From assembly GCA_951406725.2 (NCBI GenBank), contig OX597829.1, positions 6,138,001 through 6,202,000 on the forward strand: a DNA stretch of 64,000 bases. Direction: 5' to 3'. The DNA comes from Octopus vulgaris (Eukaryota). A program made the translations under genes and the position numbers. The notes beneath the pieces are model-generated. The model saw nothing but the letters and a program-made list of their open reading frames with translations, was not told the origin of the DNA and did not search any database. Positions 13,666 through 27,785 of the stretch are shown here, piece after piece (the stretch's first letter is position 1; every line of letters begins with the position of its first letter).

Positions 13666-14756
13666 TGCACAGACACACACACACACACACATGTAAGTAC
13701 GCATTCACGGATTTGAACTTCTATTATAGTTATCTGAATTAGTAGCATCATCAGTCATCTAAAATATAGATATCATATGCGTTCAAAACAACCACTTTTA
13801 CTATGAAGAAGTAAGACTAAAAGAAGAGGAGCGAGAAGAAGCTGAAGTTGAGATTTGATGAAAAGTTCAGCTGGTTCAGCTCAGAGAAACTTCCCAAACT
13901 CAAGAACGAGAGGAATTAGGAAATCTTTTTAGCTGTCTTGTGCTAAAGTCTTTAAACAGAGTAGAAATGATTCTTTGTATAGACTGATCATTGCAGAATT
14001 CAAAGAAAATTTTCTTGGCCTATTCTTTACAACAATAAAATAATTTGACCACAATATCCATCTTTGGCAATAATGAATTTTGTGACACTGCGAGCAGAAA
14101 CTGAAACTAACTCCCTAAAGGCAGAATACTGTAATTTCATCAACTCTTATGAACAAATTACAGAAGAATACATTACCATCAGCCTAAAAGCAAACGTCCA
14201 GCCCTACGAGAGTAAGAAACAAATATGAGAAGTGCAATTGAAGAGTTCTGACCATTTGAAAGTACCAAAGCATTCTGGACAAATATCTCTAAAAGTCTAG
14301 GCTTGTAAATTTGTGCAACATATATATTAAAAGCAAGAGAAATTTGAATGCGTACACAGTATAAACGTACAACCCTTGTTGGCAACTTGTAATTCTGGAA
14401 TGTGCATTGAAAAAAGGACAGCTCTAGTTACCATAGTTTGTAAAAATGGATGTGTATCCCCAAGCTTGTCAATAAAGGAGATGTGGTTATGATTGTTACT
14501 CTTGCTGTTGCATTCTCTAGCGAACTGCATTAAAAAGTGATGTTGTACAATTGTGAGTAGGTTTCAGGCACAAGCCATGCTACTACAAACTTACAGGTTA
14601 TATCTATTTACTAAAAATGGTCCTTTATAATTACATGACAGCTACTTGATGTCTTTTACCGTTTAAATTTTTGTGAATCTTTGATGTTGACTTTTTTTCT
14701 TTTTGCTTTACTATAATAGTCATTGCTATTAGAAACGTTAGAAACATTGAAACATT

Positions 14757-14979
14757 GCTGGCAGAAACGTTAGCACGCCGGGCGAAATGCGTAGCTGTAT
14801 TTCGTCTGCCTTTACGTTCTGAGTTCAAATTCCACCATGGTCGACTTTGCCTTTCATCCTTTCGGGGTCGATAAATAAAGTACCAGTTACGCACTGGCGT
14901 CGATATAATCAACTTAATCCGTCTGTCTGTCCTTGTTTGTTTCCTCTGTGTTTAGCCCCTTGTGGATATTAAAGAAATA
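14757..14979 (+). mobile_element. SINE family C (MetaSINE-like central domain)
   Basis: gctggcagaaacgttagc...gagttcaaattcc...gtcgactttgcctttcatcctttcggggtcgataaa. Confidence 0.85.
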
Positions 14980-14981
14980 TA

Positions 14982-15192
14982 TACTCTTTACTCTCTCTCT
15001 TTTACTTGTTTTAGTCATTTGACTGTGGCCATGCTGGATCACCGCCTTTTTGTCGAGCAAATCGACCCCAGGACTTATTCTTTGTAAGCCTAGTACTATC
15101 GTTCTCTTTTGCCGAACCGCTAAGTTACGGGGACGCAAACACACCAGCATCGGTTGTCAAGCGATGTTGGGGGGACAAACACATACATACAA

Positions 15193-15226
<34 letters not shown>

Positions 15227-15394
15227 ACATACGACAGGCTTCTTTCAGTTTCTGTCTACCAAATCCACTCACAAGGTTTTGGTCGGCCCGAGGCTATAGT
15301 AGAAGACACTTGCCCAAGGTGCCACGCAGTGGGACTGAACCCGGAACCATGCGGTTCGTAAGCAAGCTACTTACCACACAGCCACTCCTATGCC
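14982..15394 (-). mobile_element. SINE family A
   Basis: reverse complement of 5281-5715. Confidence 0.9.
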
Positions 15395-15738
15395 TATATA
15401 ATATTCATTGCTAAATTAACCGATGATAATGCATTAGCACTGACCATCTACTTTTTCCCTGTAGTCTTCAGATTGTATTATTTTAAGACGTTCAGAAACA
15501 CTTCATTTTATATTAAAAAAATGCTTATCATCCATTGTCTGCAATATAATTAGTGTTTTGAAGGTGAAGCTTCGGTTAAAGTGGATATGATGATGCAGGG
15601 ATCCAAAGTATTACAAAACAACTTTTCCTTCATAAATTTTAATTCGAATTTCAGAGAATAATTTGCTTTAAACTTTGAAGTTCCTAACCATGCATTACAG
15701 GTCAGATGAGAGGCAGAGAGACAGATGTTGGTGTATAT

Positions 15739-16025
15739 CAGAGGTTCTCAAACTTTTTGGGACACCGCCACCCCAGTCATGCCTAACCCCATTTTCATGT
15801 ATAAATAAATATTCTATATTTTACTAATTCATATATACTATGAATCATTTGATATTTAATATAATATTATATAATTTGTATACAATACTATAATAATATA
15901 ATAAATCATAACGTCCCCAATCCACTTCCTCCCAACGCCTCCTTTTTCTCCACCGCAACCCCCAGCACCCGCTTAGGAACCAGCACTCACCTGGAACATG
16001 TCAACGCCCACTTTGAGAACCTATG
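15739..16025. mobile_element. hAT (Charlie-like) MITE
   Basis: TIRs CAGAGGTTCTCAAA / TTTGAGAACCTATG; perfect 8-bp TSD GTGTATAT at 15731-15738 and 16026-16033. Confidence 0.88.
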
Positions 16026-16095
16026 GTGTATATGATAAAAGCTTATGTATGACTTTATGTATGCAAGTAAGCATTCGTGTATTTATGTATGTTTA

Positions 16096-16096
<1 letters not shown>

Positions 16097-16128
<32 letters not shown>

Positions 16129-16179
16129 ATGGATGGATGGATGGATGGATGGATGGATGATGGGTGGAACAATGGATAG

Positions 16180-16247
<68 letters not shown>

Positions 16248-16248
16248 G

Positions 16249-16314
<66 letters not shown>

Positions 16315-16340
16315 ATCTATCTATCTATCTATCTATCTAT
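16097..16340. repeat. (GGAT)n followed by (TCTA)n
   Basis: compound microsatellite. Confidence 0.95.
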
Positions 16341-16547
16341 GCACTGTGTGTATGCGTATGTATGATGTGTGCGCGTGTACGCGCAACCACATATGCTTAT
16401 TTGCATAGAAATAATGAGGTAAATAGAGAGATGTATAGATTGATAGTGAGGTTGTAGACAAACATAGTGAGTGACAGAGAAGTGGACAAGGAGAAAAATA
16501 GGTGTATATATAGGCATGCATAGTGATTAGTATAGACAAAACAGAAC

Positions 16548-16585
<38 letters not shown>

Positions 16586-16809
16586 TCAGACAGACAGACA
16601 GACAGACAGAGACAGAGAGAGACGCACAGACAGACAGACAACAAAGAGATAGCTAGCTAGATAAGTTTCTTTATTGGCCACACAGGGTTGTCCCATCTGT
16701 GTGCAGCCCTGTGTGGCCAATAAAGAAACTTATCTAGCTAGCTATCTCTTTGTCTGTCTGTCTGTCCGTCTCTCTGTCTCTGTCTGTCTGTCTGTCTGTC
16801 TGTCTGACT

Positions 16810-16865
<56 letters not shown>

Positions 16866-17068
16866 CTGTTTTGTCTATACTAATACTATGCATGCCTATA
16901 TACCTATTTTTCTCCTTGTCCACTTCTCTGTCACTCACTATGTTTGTCTACAACCTCACTATCAATCTATACATCTCTCTATTTACCTCATTATTTCTAT
17001 GCAAATAAGCATATGTGGTTGCGCGTACACGCGCACACATCATACATACGCATACACACACATTGCAT
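16339..17068. repeat. long palindrome (arms ~350 bp, 13-nt loop)
   Basis: 16339-16690 is the reverse complement of 16704-17068 with few differences. Confidence 0.95.
16688..16730 (+). mobile_element. ~42-nt 3' stub of the Tx1-like LINE
   Basis: ttgtcccatctgtgtgcagccctgtgtggccaataaagaaac matches the LINE ends at ~37145-37188 and ~9847-9890. Confidence 0.85.
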
Positions 17069-17283
17069 ACATTGTATATGAATTCAGCCATATTTATGTA
17101 CCAACATGAATACAGACATATAAATACAATACTCTGACGCAAGTGCACCTACGTATATGAATGCGTAAATGTTGGATATATAACTTGTACGCATATAGAC
17201 ATGTATACTTTGATTTTCACATACATATATACATGTTGACTCATCTAAAGAAATAAATGCTTTTATACGCAACACCGACAAAA

Positions 17284-17336
17284 ACAACGACAACAACAGC
17301 AATAATAATATTAATAACAACAACAACAACAACGAC

Positions 17337-17428
<92 letters not shown>

Positions 17429-17454
17429 TAATAATAATAATAATAATAATAATG

Positions 17455-17527
<73 letters not shown>

Positions 17528-17544
17528 TAATAATAATAATGATA

Positions 17545-17626
<82 letters not shown>

Positions 17627-17700
17627 TAATAATGATAATAATAATAATAATAATGATAATAATGATAATAATAATAATACCGATAACAACAACAATAATA
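17284..17700. repeat. (AAC)/(AAT)n microsatellite
   Basis: ~400 bp trinucleotide array. Confidence 0.97.
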
Positions 17701-18010
17701 GTATAACCGTGCATATAACTAAGCCTCATTCCGTATTCCATTGCCGTATCTATACTTACTGTTTCAAACGTATTGAAAGTACTACAAGTTTTCTATTAAA
17801 TATATTGACTCCATTAACGTATAACATTGTAGCTGTAGCCTCCAGTAAAACTCCACTGTACTTGTATCGCTGACTTAATTTTGAATATTCCGAAATGGAA
17901 AATTTGCAAAGAACGGAAAAATCTTTCGCGTTTTGAAATTGTAAAATGGTTTTAAAAAATATTAAAAGTATAAGATATTTCCAAGTGAAAAGAGTTCGTA
18001 GAATACATAG

Positions 18011-18099
<89 letters not shown>

Positions 18100-18112
18100 C
18101 AGAGAGATAGAT

Positions 18113-18148
<36 letters not shown>

Positions 18149-18152
18149 AGAC

Positions 18153-18231
<79 letters not shown>

Positions 18232-18355
18232 GAGATAGATATAGAGAGAGATAGGTGGATGAATAAATATCTCCGCAAAAATTGCTGAATGTATGGAAAT
18301 GTGACGAGATTGGGAGATAGCCATTACATATGCATTACACGTATACGTACATACG

Positions 18356-18391
<36 letters not shown>

Positions 18392-18731
18392 CATACATTT
18401 ACCCATGCTTATATGTATATGTCTACGCCCATATGTGTATGTGTATGCTTGTCTATCAATTCATTTATTAATCTGTTGCATTATAGATAGATAAATATTA
18501 GATAGATTGACAGACAAAGAAGTAAAGACAGATAATGAAACCAATGTGTAGTTTAACAGGTAGACTTATCGGTAGATATATTTCACCCTCTCTCTCTCAG
18601 TATGTATATATATACACTTATCAGTGTATATATGCGTATGTGTATATATATATATGTATGTACATATATATATATACACATATGTGTGTGTAATATATAT
18701 ATATGTACATATATATATATACACATATGTG

Positions 18732-18777
<46 letters not shown>

Positions 18778-18811
18778 TATTTACACACATACATATATAC
18801 GTATATATGTA

Positions 18812-18851
<40 letters not shown>

Positions 18852-18883
18852 TTACATATATATGTATATGTATATATATATAA

Positions 18884-18925
<42 letters not shown>

Positions 18926-19389
18926 TATATGAATATATGTATATATATATGTGTATATAGACATACATATATATGCGCATATATGTAGTTATCAGTGTAT
19001 GCTTGCACGTGTGTGTGTGTGTGTGTGTCTGGGTGTGCATGTTTATGCGTGTATGTGAGAAGGTGAGAAGAAGGGACACAAAGATAGAGTGTGGGAGAAA
19101 TTGATTGAGATATAGATATATAGATAGGGAGACAGTGATCGTAATGGTTAGATACCTTGATATAGCATATTTCGTAAAAACGATACTTTTAAAAGAAGTG
19201 GATTAATATATTTCAATGAAAGACATTACATGCAATGCTGTGTACTTCGTTGAATATTTGGGTAAAAAATACACTTAGTATTAACCTGAACGGTTGCGCA
19301 CGAATATATTTCTTATCAGAAGCGAGCTATTTTATGCACCTGCATATAAACACACGTACAGATCTGTTTATATACATTTATATACCAAT

Positions 19390-19424
<35 letters not shown>

Positions 19425-19486
19425 GATAGATAGATATACATACATAAAAAATCAGTATATACTTAGATATTCTATTTAGAACATAT

Positions 19487-19556
<70 letters not shown>

Positions 19557-19558
19557 TA

Positions 19559-19596
<38 letters not shown>

Positions 19597-19639
19597 TAGA
19601 TAGATATACATACATAAAAAATCATATATATTTAGATAT

Positions 19640-19707
<68 letters not shown>

Positions 19708-19710
19708 TAT

Positions 19711-19757
<47 letters not shown>

Positions 19758-19799
19758 TATATACATATATATATTGAGGTTTGAATGTATATTCATATA

Positions 19800-19900
<101 letters not shown>

Positions 19901-20014
19901 AGCCGAAATCTGCGATGAGGAATCGGTTTCTGACTGAAGAACGAAGGCTTTGAATGACCCGTTTGTCTTTTATGTTCGTCCCTTCGTGTATTTCACGTTA
20001 TTCATTTATGTAAA

Positions 20015-20081
<67 letters not shown>

Positions 20082-20408
20082 CCGTGTGTGCGCGTCTGTG
20101 TGTAACAGATTGCGCGCGCGTGTTTGTATATGGAAGTTCGATTGTTATTTATCATCGGAATATTTGGAAACGGAATCAATTCAGTTACATTCGTGTATTC
20201 CAGATGCAGTTTTAAAAATTCCTATTCCATTATTTTTAGCATCATTTTACTTCGCGACGGATTCTTATCATTACTAGACACATATTGCAAAATGAAAATT
20301 CACATTTATATTCTTCCCACAGCGTGGAACAAAAGTTAAATCTTAAAATGAGAAAGCAGCACTATGAAAAATTAGTCATGTAATATGGAGACCTGTGTGT
20401 GTGTGTGT

Positions 20409-20489
<81 letters not shown>

Positions 20490-21620
20490 TGTGTGTGTGT
20501 GTTTGTGTGTGCGCGTATTTATTCGTGCGTATATAAATGTACGAAAAGGAAATCCCGCTATCTTTAAAAAAAAATGGACGTTGTAGATGGTGTTGTTTGC
20601 GGTTGACTGTATTATAAAAGAAAAATATGCATGAAGACTAATCATATACTTCACATTTAGACCCCCTTCAAAAATTTATGTGGATCCCAAATTTCTAATT
20701 TTTTAATGTGGCCTTTAAAAGTATGTTATCGGCTCCTTAGGTGCTTTATCAACCCCTTTCGGTAGAGCAATTTTATTGTGGTATTGTTGCATTGTAGGAT
20801 AATGTGGCAGGGCGCTGTATTGCAATAGTATTTCTACTGTTGTTTTATCACAGATCTGTTGTGCTCGAGTTGACATATTATCAAAAGCAGTCCAGTCACG
20901 GCAATTTCGTTCCCTTAAAGGGCAAGTATGACTAAATTATTTCATGTACTCATTGCTTATTAGTGACGTTAGTGTGTGACATGAGGAATATTACGCAGGT
21001 ATTTCAAGCGGATCATGCAAAACACTTAGACTCCTCTAAAATGGGTCATATAGTGTGGCGGAACTGGAGGAAATATAGTAAAGTATAAAACTGAGTGTAT
21101 CTGAGATCAGATGTTCGAAGAGTTATATTTAAATGAAATGGTAGCAGAATTAAATATGTGCGTGAGATAATGGTTTATGCAATTTGTGATGAATACGGAG
21201 AAGTGAGGATTGTAGCTGGTAAAGTAATGAATGCGATCAAAGCTAATTGCAAAAGAATGTCGTTAAGGAAGAAGTCTCTTAAGAGTTGGGAGTGAAATAT
21301 CAGAGACCTTAATGGGTAAGTTTGCGTTATTTAAATTCATTATTGTTATATTTAATGAGTATTGGCTTTTAACTGATGTTATTATTTCAAGAACATATTA
21401 GTATCTGCAGAGGTATCTGTCATAGACCCACATCACGTTTCTGTATTTTATATGTGTAATGACATTACAAAGTTGCCATTGTAGCAAAAATCAAGACAGT
21501 GTTGTTGTTGAAATTTTTGTTGGCTGTTATCGTCATTGTCGTTAATGTCGTCCTCCTTCTATTCTCCTTCTCCTCCTCATCATCATTACCACATTTCTGT
21601 TGTATTATTTTTACTTTGTA

Positions 21621-21832
21621 AGGCGGCGAGCTGGCAGAAACGTTAGCACGCCGACTGAAATGATTAGCGATATTTCATCTGTCTTTACGTTCTGAGTTCA
21701 AATTCTACCTAAGTTGACTTTGCCTTTCATCCCTTCGGTGGTCAATATATTGAGTGCCGGTTGCGTACTGGGGTAGATTTGATCGACTGGCCCCTCCCGC
21801 AAAATTTCAGGTCTTGCGCCTAGAGTAGAAAA
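21621..21832 (+). mobile_element. SINE family C variant
   Basis: ggcggcgagctggcagaaacg head; 18-bp TSD tattattttYactttgta at 21603-21620 and 21833-21850. Confidence 0.88.
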
Positions 21833-22797
21833 TATTATTTTCACTTTGTACTGTACTATCAAGTACAGTTATATGTCCTTTGGACATGCACATGTTTTGG
21901 ACTGTTTTAGTTTTGTTGTTTTTGTTCTACTAAAAGAAACTTTGTAACACGTGTGCGATGCTTTGCTAAGCAGTGCCATTTTATGTGATGTGCATGAGCT
22001 CCTGGAGGTTTAGTTACTTATTTCTTTATATGTTTTTTTTTGTGTCATTGCTTCAACTGCTACATACTGGTTATTTCATTTCCAGATCTTAATGTTTAAA
22101 CAGTCTTTCCATTTCTTTGCGAGGTATATTATCTTAAGATGGGTCTACTGAGATTACGATTAGAAAGCACTGCCTCTCTTCATCCCCAAAGACAATAAGT
22201 GGTCGAATAACGTTGAACATCCAGTTAGGCTGTTTTTTTTATCTCAGAGTAAGGTAAACCTGTCATTCTGTGAAATATTTTCCAGAGTGTGTTACACTAA
22301 CACTTTTGTATCGGAATTTCATATTGTAGGCATAAATTCCAGTCTAAGTCCTAGATCTGACGTACCTGCAGTTGCACTTCTTCACTGACTTATTGAAAAT
22401 ATTTACAATAATTTCTTCCTCATTTCCACATATTCTGTAGTTATTACTTTTCCCTTCGTTATATGTAATGTTTTCTGGCACGAAGGTTTTGATCTTGTGC
22501 CACAGTCATGAAGCCTTAAATCTGTTTTGAGCCCTGCAACTATCATAACAGTGTGGAGAACATTGCTTGTCTAGTTTCATCTTTTTCAAGCACTGTCCAA
22601 TGTAAGTACTTCGTGACACAGTTACTCAATACAATATTCAGCTTCTCCATATAAACTTGGATTAAACTTTTTGACAATTTTTTCCTTTGCGTTACCTTTT
22701 GCTGAAGGCACAAAAGTATTTTTGGTTCGTATTTTCTGGTTATTTGTGTTGATTTTCCATTATCCATTATGCATAATTAAATATTTGTTAGTGGGAA

Positions 22798-23082
22798 GGC
22801 AGCGAGCTGGCAGAATCGTTAGCCCACCGGGCGAAATGCTTAGCGGTATTTCGTCTGCCGTTACGTTCTGAGTTCAAATTCCGCCGAGGCCGACTTTGCC
22901 TTTCATCCTTTCGGGGTCGATTAAATAAGTTCCAGTTGCGCACTGAGGTCGATGTAATCGACTTAATCCGTTTGTCTGTCCTTATTTGTCCTCTCTGTGT
23001 TTAGCTCCTTGTGAGTAGTAAAGAAATAGGTATTTCGTCTGTCTTTACGTTCTAAGTTCAAATTCCACTGACGTCGAAAAAG
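22798..23082 (+). mobile_element. SINE family C with 3' partial tandem repeat
   Basis: full unit plus re-start ggtatttcgtctg...aattccac; ~18-bp TSD aatatttgYtagtggKaa at 22780-22797 and 23083-23100. Confidence 0.87.
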
Positions 23083-24290
23083 AATATTTGCTAGTGGTAA
23101 AGTGGACATTTTTTAATAGTTTTGTAGCTGCAAAAAAGATTCCCCAGTATTCATGTTAAACATAAGCGCTCTCTTTCAGATTTTAGGTAAAGGGGTCATT
23201 TTGTTTGACTATCTAGCTTTGCTAGTAAGTTTACAGTCCAGTTGAGAAAATTATTACTGGTACAGTTAGATTATTAACATTAAAAAAAACCAAATAAATT
23301 CTATTTTAATAACTAATCTCAAAGATCTAAAACTATTCTTTTCTAATCTTTTATTTCATGTGTGCGTGTACTGCCGAGTACATTGATTTGGAGCATTGTC
23401 GTATAATGTGACAAAGTACTGTATTACAATAATATTGCTGCTGTTATTTTATCACAGATCTGTTGTGCTCGAGTTGACACATTATCAAAAGTAGTTTGTT
23501 TTTATCGTAATACCCTTATTTCGGCTTCTCTCTTCACTTCATGGTTACTTTTGCGCATTTTCATATCAATTTCTTTAGTATATGCTTTTAGTGCTGGCAT
23601 TATTGTCTGTAGCTGTTTTCATGTAGTCAAGTAGAAAAGATGGCTGATGGTCCTATCATTGCATTAGAATTCAGTTCAGTTTTGTCTGTTGGTCAAAGGC
23701 AACAGTACAAAAGACAAAATGAGCGAAAAGAGAATCCGTTGCAATATCCCTCCTTTTACGGGAGATGTTCATAGTTTTTATAATTTTCCCCTTATATCTG
23801 TATCTATAAAATTTGCTCAAGACATATCCATTAAATCTTATTATTAGCGCTACATTAACAATGCCTAATTCTTCCAAGATCCATTTGAAATATTTTCTTT
23901 TGATTTCTAGAAGTCGATGCAAACCATGATCAGAACCATTGTTTCTTCTTCTGAAGTCTTTGGTTGTAGCTTCTTTGATCAAGAATTGATATTCACACGG
24001 ATTTTTGTTCCATCCCATGCACTCTTCTATTTGTGTTGCAGGTTTATTTTCTGCTACATTATAGTTAAACCTCTGTGGGCTATACGAATACAAGTCACAA
24101 GTTAGTAAGTTTTAGATTAGCTTCTTTTATTTTGGAAACTAAAACTGTTTACTTCTCATTGAGACAGTCGGTTGTTGTTTCCAGTCCTCTACTAACTCAA
24201 AACACTTCTATGCTTGCACCTTTGCGTTAAATATCTTATTTAGAACTTCGGAATCTTTGTATGTTCCTATTTTTCATGCTTATTTATTTA

Positions 24291-24638
24291 TTTATTAACT
24301 CGCCTTAGCGAATGCGGTGGTATTGTTTTTCAGTCGTGTTTGTTGGTTTGTCCATGAACCAGATATCTCAAGAACAGTTGAATGGATTCGGATGAAACTT
24401 TCAGGGATATTTGGCCTCGTAACTGGCACCAGCTGATTACATTTTTGGATCGATCCGATATCGGTCAAAGATTCTGGATTATTTTTCCTGTTTTTCTACT
24501 TAATTTTTGAGAGCGGTTGAGTTTATTTTTAGTATTGTCGTTTGTGAGAGCTGTCGAGTTTATTTCAGATATTCTCATTTTAAAAATCCTCTTTGGCTAA
24601 TCGTTGGTGTTAGCTTGGTGGAGGTTTTCGCTCCATTT
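24291..24638 (+). mobile_element. Helentron-associated non-autonomous element (HINE/DINE-like)
   Basis: ttattaactcgcc...ggtattgtttt, core ggattcggatgaaacttt, 3' subterminal ggtggaggttttcgctc; T-rich flanks. Confidence 0.6.
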
Positions 24639-25534
24639 ATTTACTTATTGATTTATTTATATGTTTATCTTCGAGGCAGCTGGACAACTTCTTTTGTTGT
24701 TATGGACCCTAACGATTGTCCAGATGCTTTGTACATTTATTTTTAACAATCTCAGCCTCACCGATTCCTTCCCTGTTATATCTATTTTCCCCAAATCCAC
24801 TTTTGTGGCTGGTCCTGCAGTGATTTCGATTTTATTTTCATGAAGAAATCGTTTAGAGTTTAGTCGAATTTAAAAATTTTTCTATTCTTTTCATTTTCAA
24901 AAGATTCTTTGTCCAAAGAATTGTTGCTTTTCATATCAGCTATCAAGTAAGGATCTTCTGTGTCAGGTGTTCACCAGTCGTGTCAAAATATTTCCTTTCC
25001 AGACGAAATATTTATTTATTTTACGTAGAAATTGTGTTCTTGTTTTTAAATTAGGCACTACATTTCACTAAACCATAAAGTTAAGCAATGTACAGCTGTT
25101 AAGCCGCGAGCAAATGATTTTCGATCGAATTGCATGTACACGTCCCGTTATTCAATAGTCGAAATATAACTTTATGCTTTATATTTGTAATTGCTACATT
25201 TGCACTTTTGCATTGAAAAGTTGGTCGCAGATCTTTATTGTCTTCGACTACGTTTTTTTTAAGAAAAAAACCTTTCGGATTTGCTCATTAGCACTTCCAA
25301 CTCAGTTGATTCTTATCATTTATAAATGAAGCAAAAGCAATGACACTAGTGGTAAAGAGTAGAAATTCAAGTTATTATATTTGTGGAAGTGTGAGACACA
25401 ATGAGGACTTTTCGCTCGGAGAAACTAACAATGGGAGGAGAGCAAAACGTAGCAGAATAAGAAAAAAATACGGGTCCAGTTCACTTGGTTGTCAGTTAGT
25501 TATGAAACGAGTGTACCAGTTGATATGAACCACT

Positions 25535-25790
25535 AAATAGCCTACTCACAAAATTACAGTGCAAATGCGTGTGCACTCCATAGATACGTGTACCCTTAAC
25601 GTAGTTCTGAGGGAGATCCAGTGAAACACAATGTGAGACAAGGCCGGTCATTTGAAATACAACCAACTGAATGGACTGGAGCAGTGTGAATTAATGTATC
25701 TTGCTCAAGGACACAACGTGACGCTAGGAATTGAACTCAAGACATTATGATCGTAAGCCGAACACTCTAACCACTAAGCCACGCGCTCCT
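25535..25790 (-). mobile_element. tRNA-derived SINE (family D-related)
   Basis: minus-strand head gcgcgtggcttagtggttagagtgttcggc...gagttcaattcc; body shared with 46041-46350. Confidence 0.75.
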
Positions 25791-26218
25791 CACATATCCA
25801 GTTGACAACTATCACAAAAGCACTACAAGATGAAGGTTCAGAAAGGGCAAGAGGAGTGCGTCACGATCTCATTTCTATAAGCGAGGAAGACTTACAGGTT
25901 CCAGTAAGACCATTCTATCCTGCTCCGAGCGAATAACAGAATGGAAAGAAAGTAGAGAGCTCCGCCGAGGAAGAGGAAAACTAAGAGAATGAGATGAAGA
26001 AGAATTAGACAAGGAGGCAGAAATAAAGGTGCTGAAAATGTCTATCACAGCGATGTCCCTTAAATGTGCAATGAATGAAGAAAAGCAAAATAAGAACTTT
26101 TCATTGAGTTACTTGTATCTGCTGGACCAAGGCGAAACAAAATGGAACAGGAATTTACTTACAAAAAACAGCAGTACCAAGCGGACGAATCTTTGATGAT
26201 GAACACGAAATATGGATT

Positions 26219-26279
26219 CCTCCCCCTCCTCCTCCTCCTCCTCCTCCTCCTCATCATCATCATCATCATCATCATCATT

Positions 26280-26315
<36 letters not shown>

Positions 26316-26385
26316 TTCTTCTTCTTCTTCTTCTTCTTCTTCTTCCTCCTCCTCCTCCTCCTCCTCCCCTCCTCCCCCTCTCCCC
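26219..26385. repeat. compound (TCC)n(TCA)n(TCT)n(TCC)n microsatellite
   Basis: four in-phase trinucleotide blocks. Confidence 0.95.
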
Positions 26386-26807
26386 CTGTCTCTTGGCAAC
26401 CAATTGGTTTCTGACACGACGAGAGAAGAAGTAACCATGAACAATCTGAGCATGGTTAGTGTGTTGCGACAGCTGTATATTGGCGGTATCTTGCAGATTA
26501 TATCGAACGCAGATGCCGTCATTAAATCTAGCCCGGTTCGCCTTGAGTCGACACATCATTAGTATAGAACACGCCATCAAGGACAGCTAGCTATGTGATT
26601 ATCTGCTTGCCTTCCGTAGACGTAGCTTGCTGCTGTTGCTCTGGTTTCTTTGCTGACTGGAGTGGTTGTAGGCCGAATGACTTACCGACTGGCACGTTGA
26701 TTTGTTGGTTCGTTGAATTCACTTGTACCAACGTACACTTAATGTATGTGTGTGTGTGCGTGCGTGAATATGTGTGTCTATGTATGTATACACGTATGCG
26801 TGCAAAG

Positions 26808-26870
<63 letters not shown>

Positions 26871-26905
26871 AACATACATACATACACACACACATGCATA
26901 CATAA

Positions 26906-26963
<58 letters not shown>

Positions 26964-27524
26964 ATATAAAATCTGTTCTATCTGTGTGTGCGTGCGTGTG
27001 TGTCTTCTCGAATCTCGGGCATCCTCCATCTGATTGCGCTCACATTTGATATGTAAATACCGACGGTATCAGGGCGTGCATAAGTCTTGAAAAAAATTAC
27101 AAAAATCAATTCCAGGTGAGAATGCGATCAATAAAGCCATTTTTGTCCTGCTTTTCTTCCGTCAACCTGTACATAACTGCACCTTCCATTTTTTGTTATT
27201 TTTGTACTGCTTAAAGCTTTCTTTCTTGCCAAGTTTACTGTTTAAACCATGTTTGTGTTCTCCCAGTCAACAGCCTTATCATTACTGGTACTTTAAACTC
27301 TTCGGTTGCATATTTGTGTGAATATAATTGTTTTTCTTTGGAATTGAAAAAAGTCTATCTTTATTTCTTCTTTTGCTGGTGTCTCAAATTTAGGTTAAAT
27401 CAGTGTTTCTCAAAGGGGAGAACATTTTTATTTTAAACATGGTACTTATTCTCTCAGTATCTTTTGATGAACCGGTAAGTTATGTGATCGTAAAGATGTC
27501 AACAATGTGTATACGTAAATCCGG

Positions 27525-27785
27525 GTGTGTCACCTAGCTGTTAGGGTGTAGCAGTCACGATCGCTAGATCGTAGGTTCCATTCCCAGACCGGGCAGTGTG
27601 CTGTGTTCTTGAGCAAAACAAGTCGTTTCACGTCGCTGTAGCACCCCACATTCGATCTGGGTGGGGGAGATGTTGGCCTGCTCAACTAGGCAGTGGGGTG
27701 ACGTAATTCGAAGACTAAAACAATGCAAGGCGCATTGTGACCTGAGATTTGAAACACCATCTCACAGTCAGGTCTGTCACGTGAC
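27525..27785 (+). mobile_element. degenerate tRNA-derived SINE
   Basis: gttagggtg...ggttccattcccagaccggg...tgtgttcttgagcaaaaca. Confidence 0.6.

Larger units (their letters stand above)
21900..25020 (-). mobile_element. R4/Dong-like RLE LINE, old and degraded, interrupted by a SINE and a HINE
   Basis: minus-strand remnants VAQDQNL...YRICGNEEE...LDWNLC..YEIP...IRP..LIV..D..RQCFLI, following the R4-type CCHC/RLE layout; RT-like remnants upstream. Confidence 0.6.

Noticed and set aside
13790-14530. Coding-like decayed sequence
   Set aside because: No motif I could assign; probably an old transposon
19423-19650. ~170-bp tandem duplication
   Set aside because: Ordinary slippage or unequal exchange between (TA)n blocks
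20785-23495. ~110-bp diverged direct repeat (about 20785-20895 and 23390-23495) as possible LTRs
   Set aside because: The second copy lies inside the R4-like LINE; more likely two fragments of one family; no TG..CA ends or TSD
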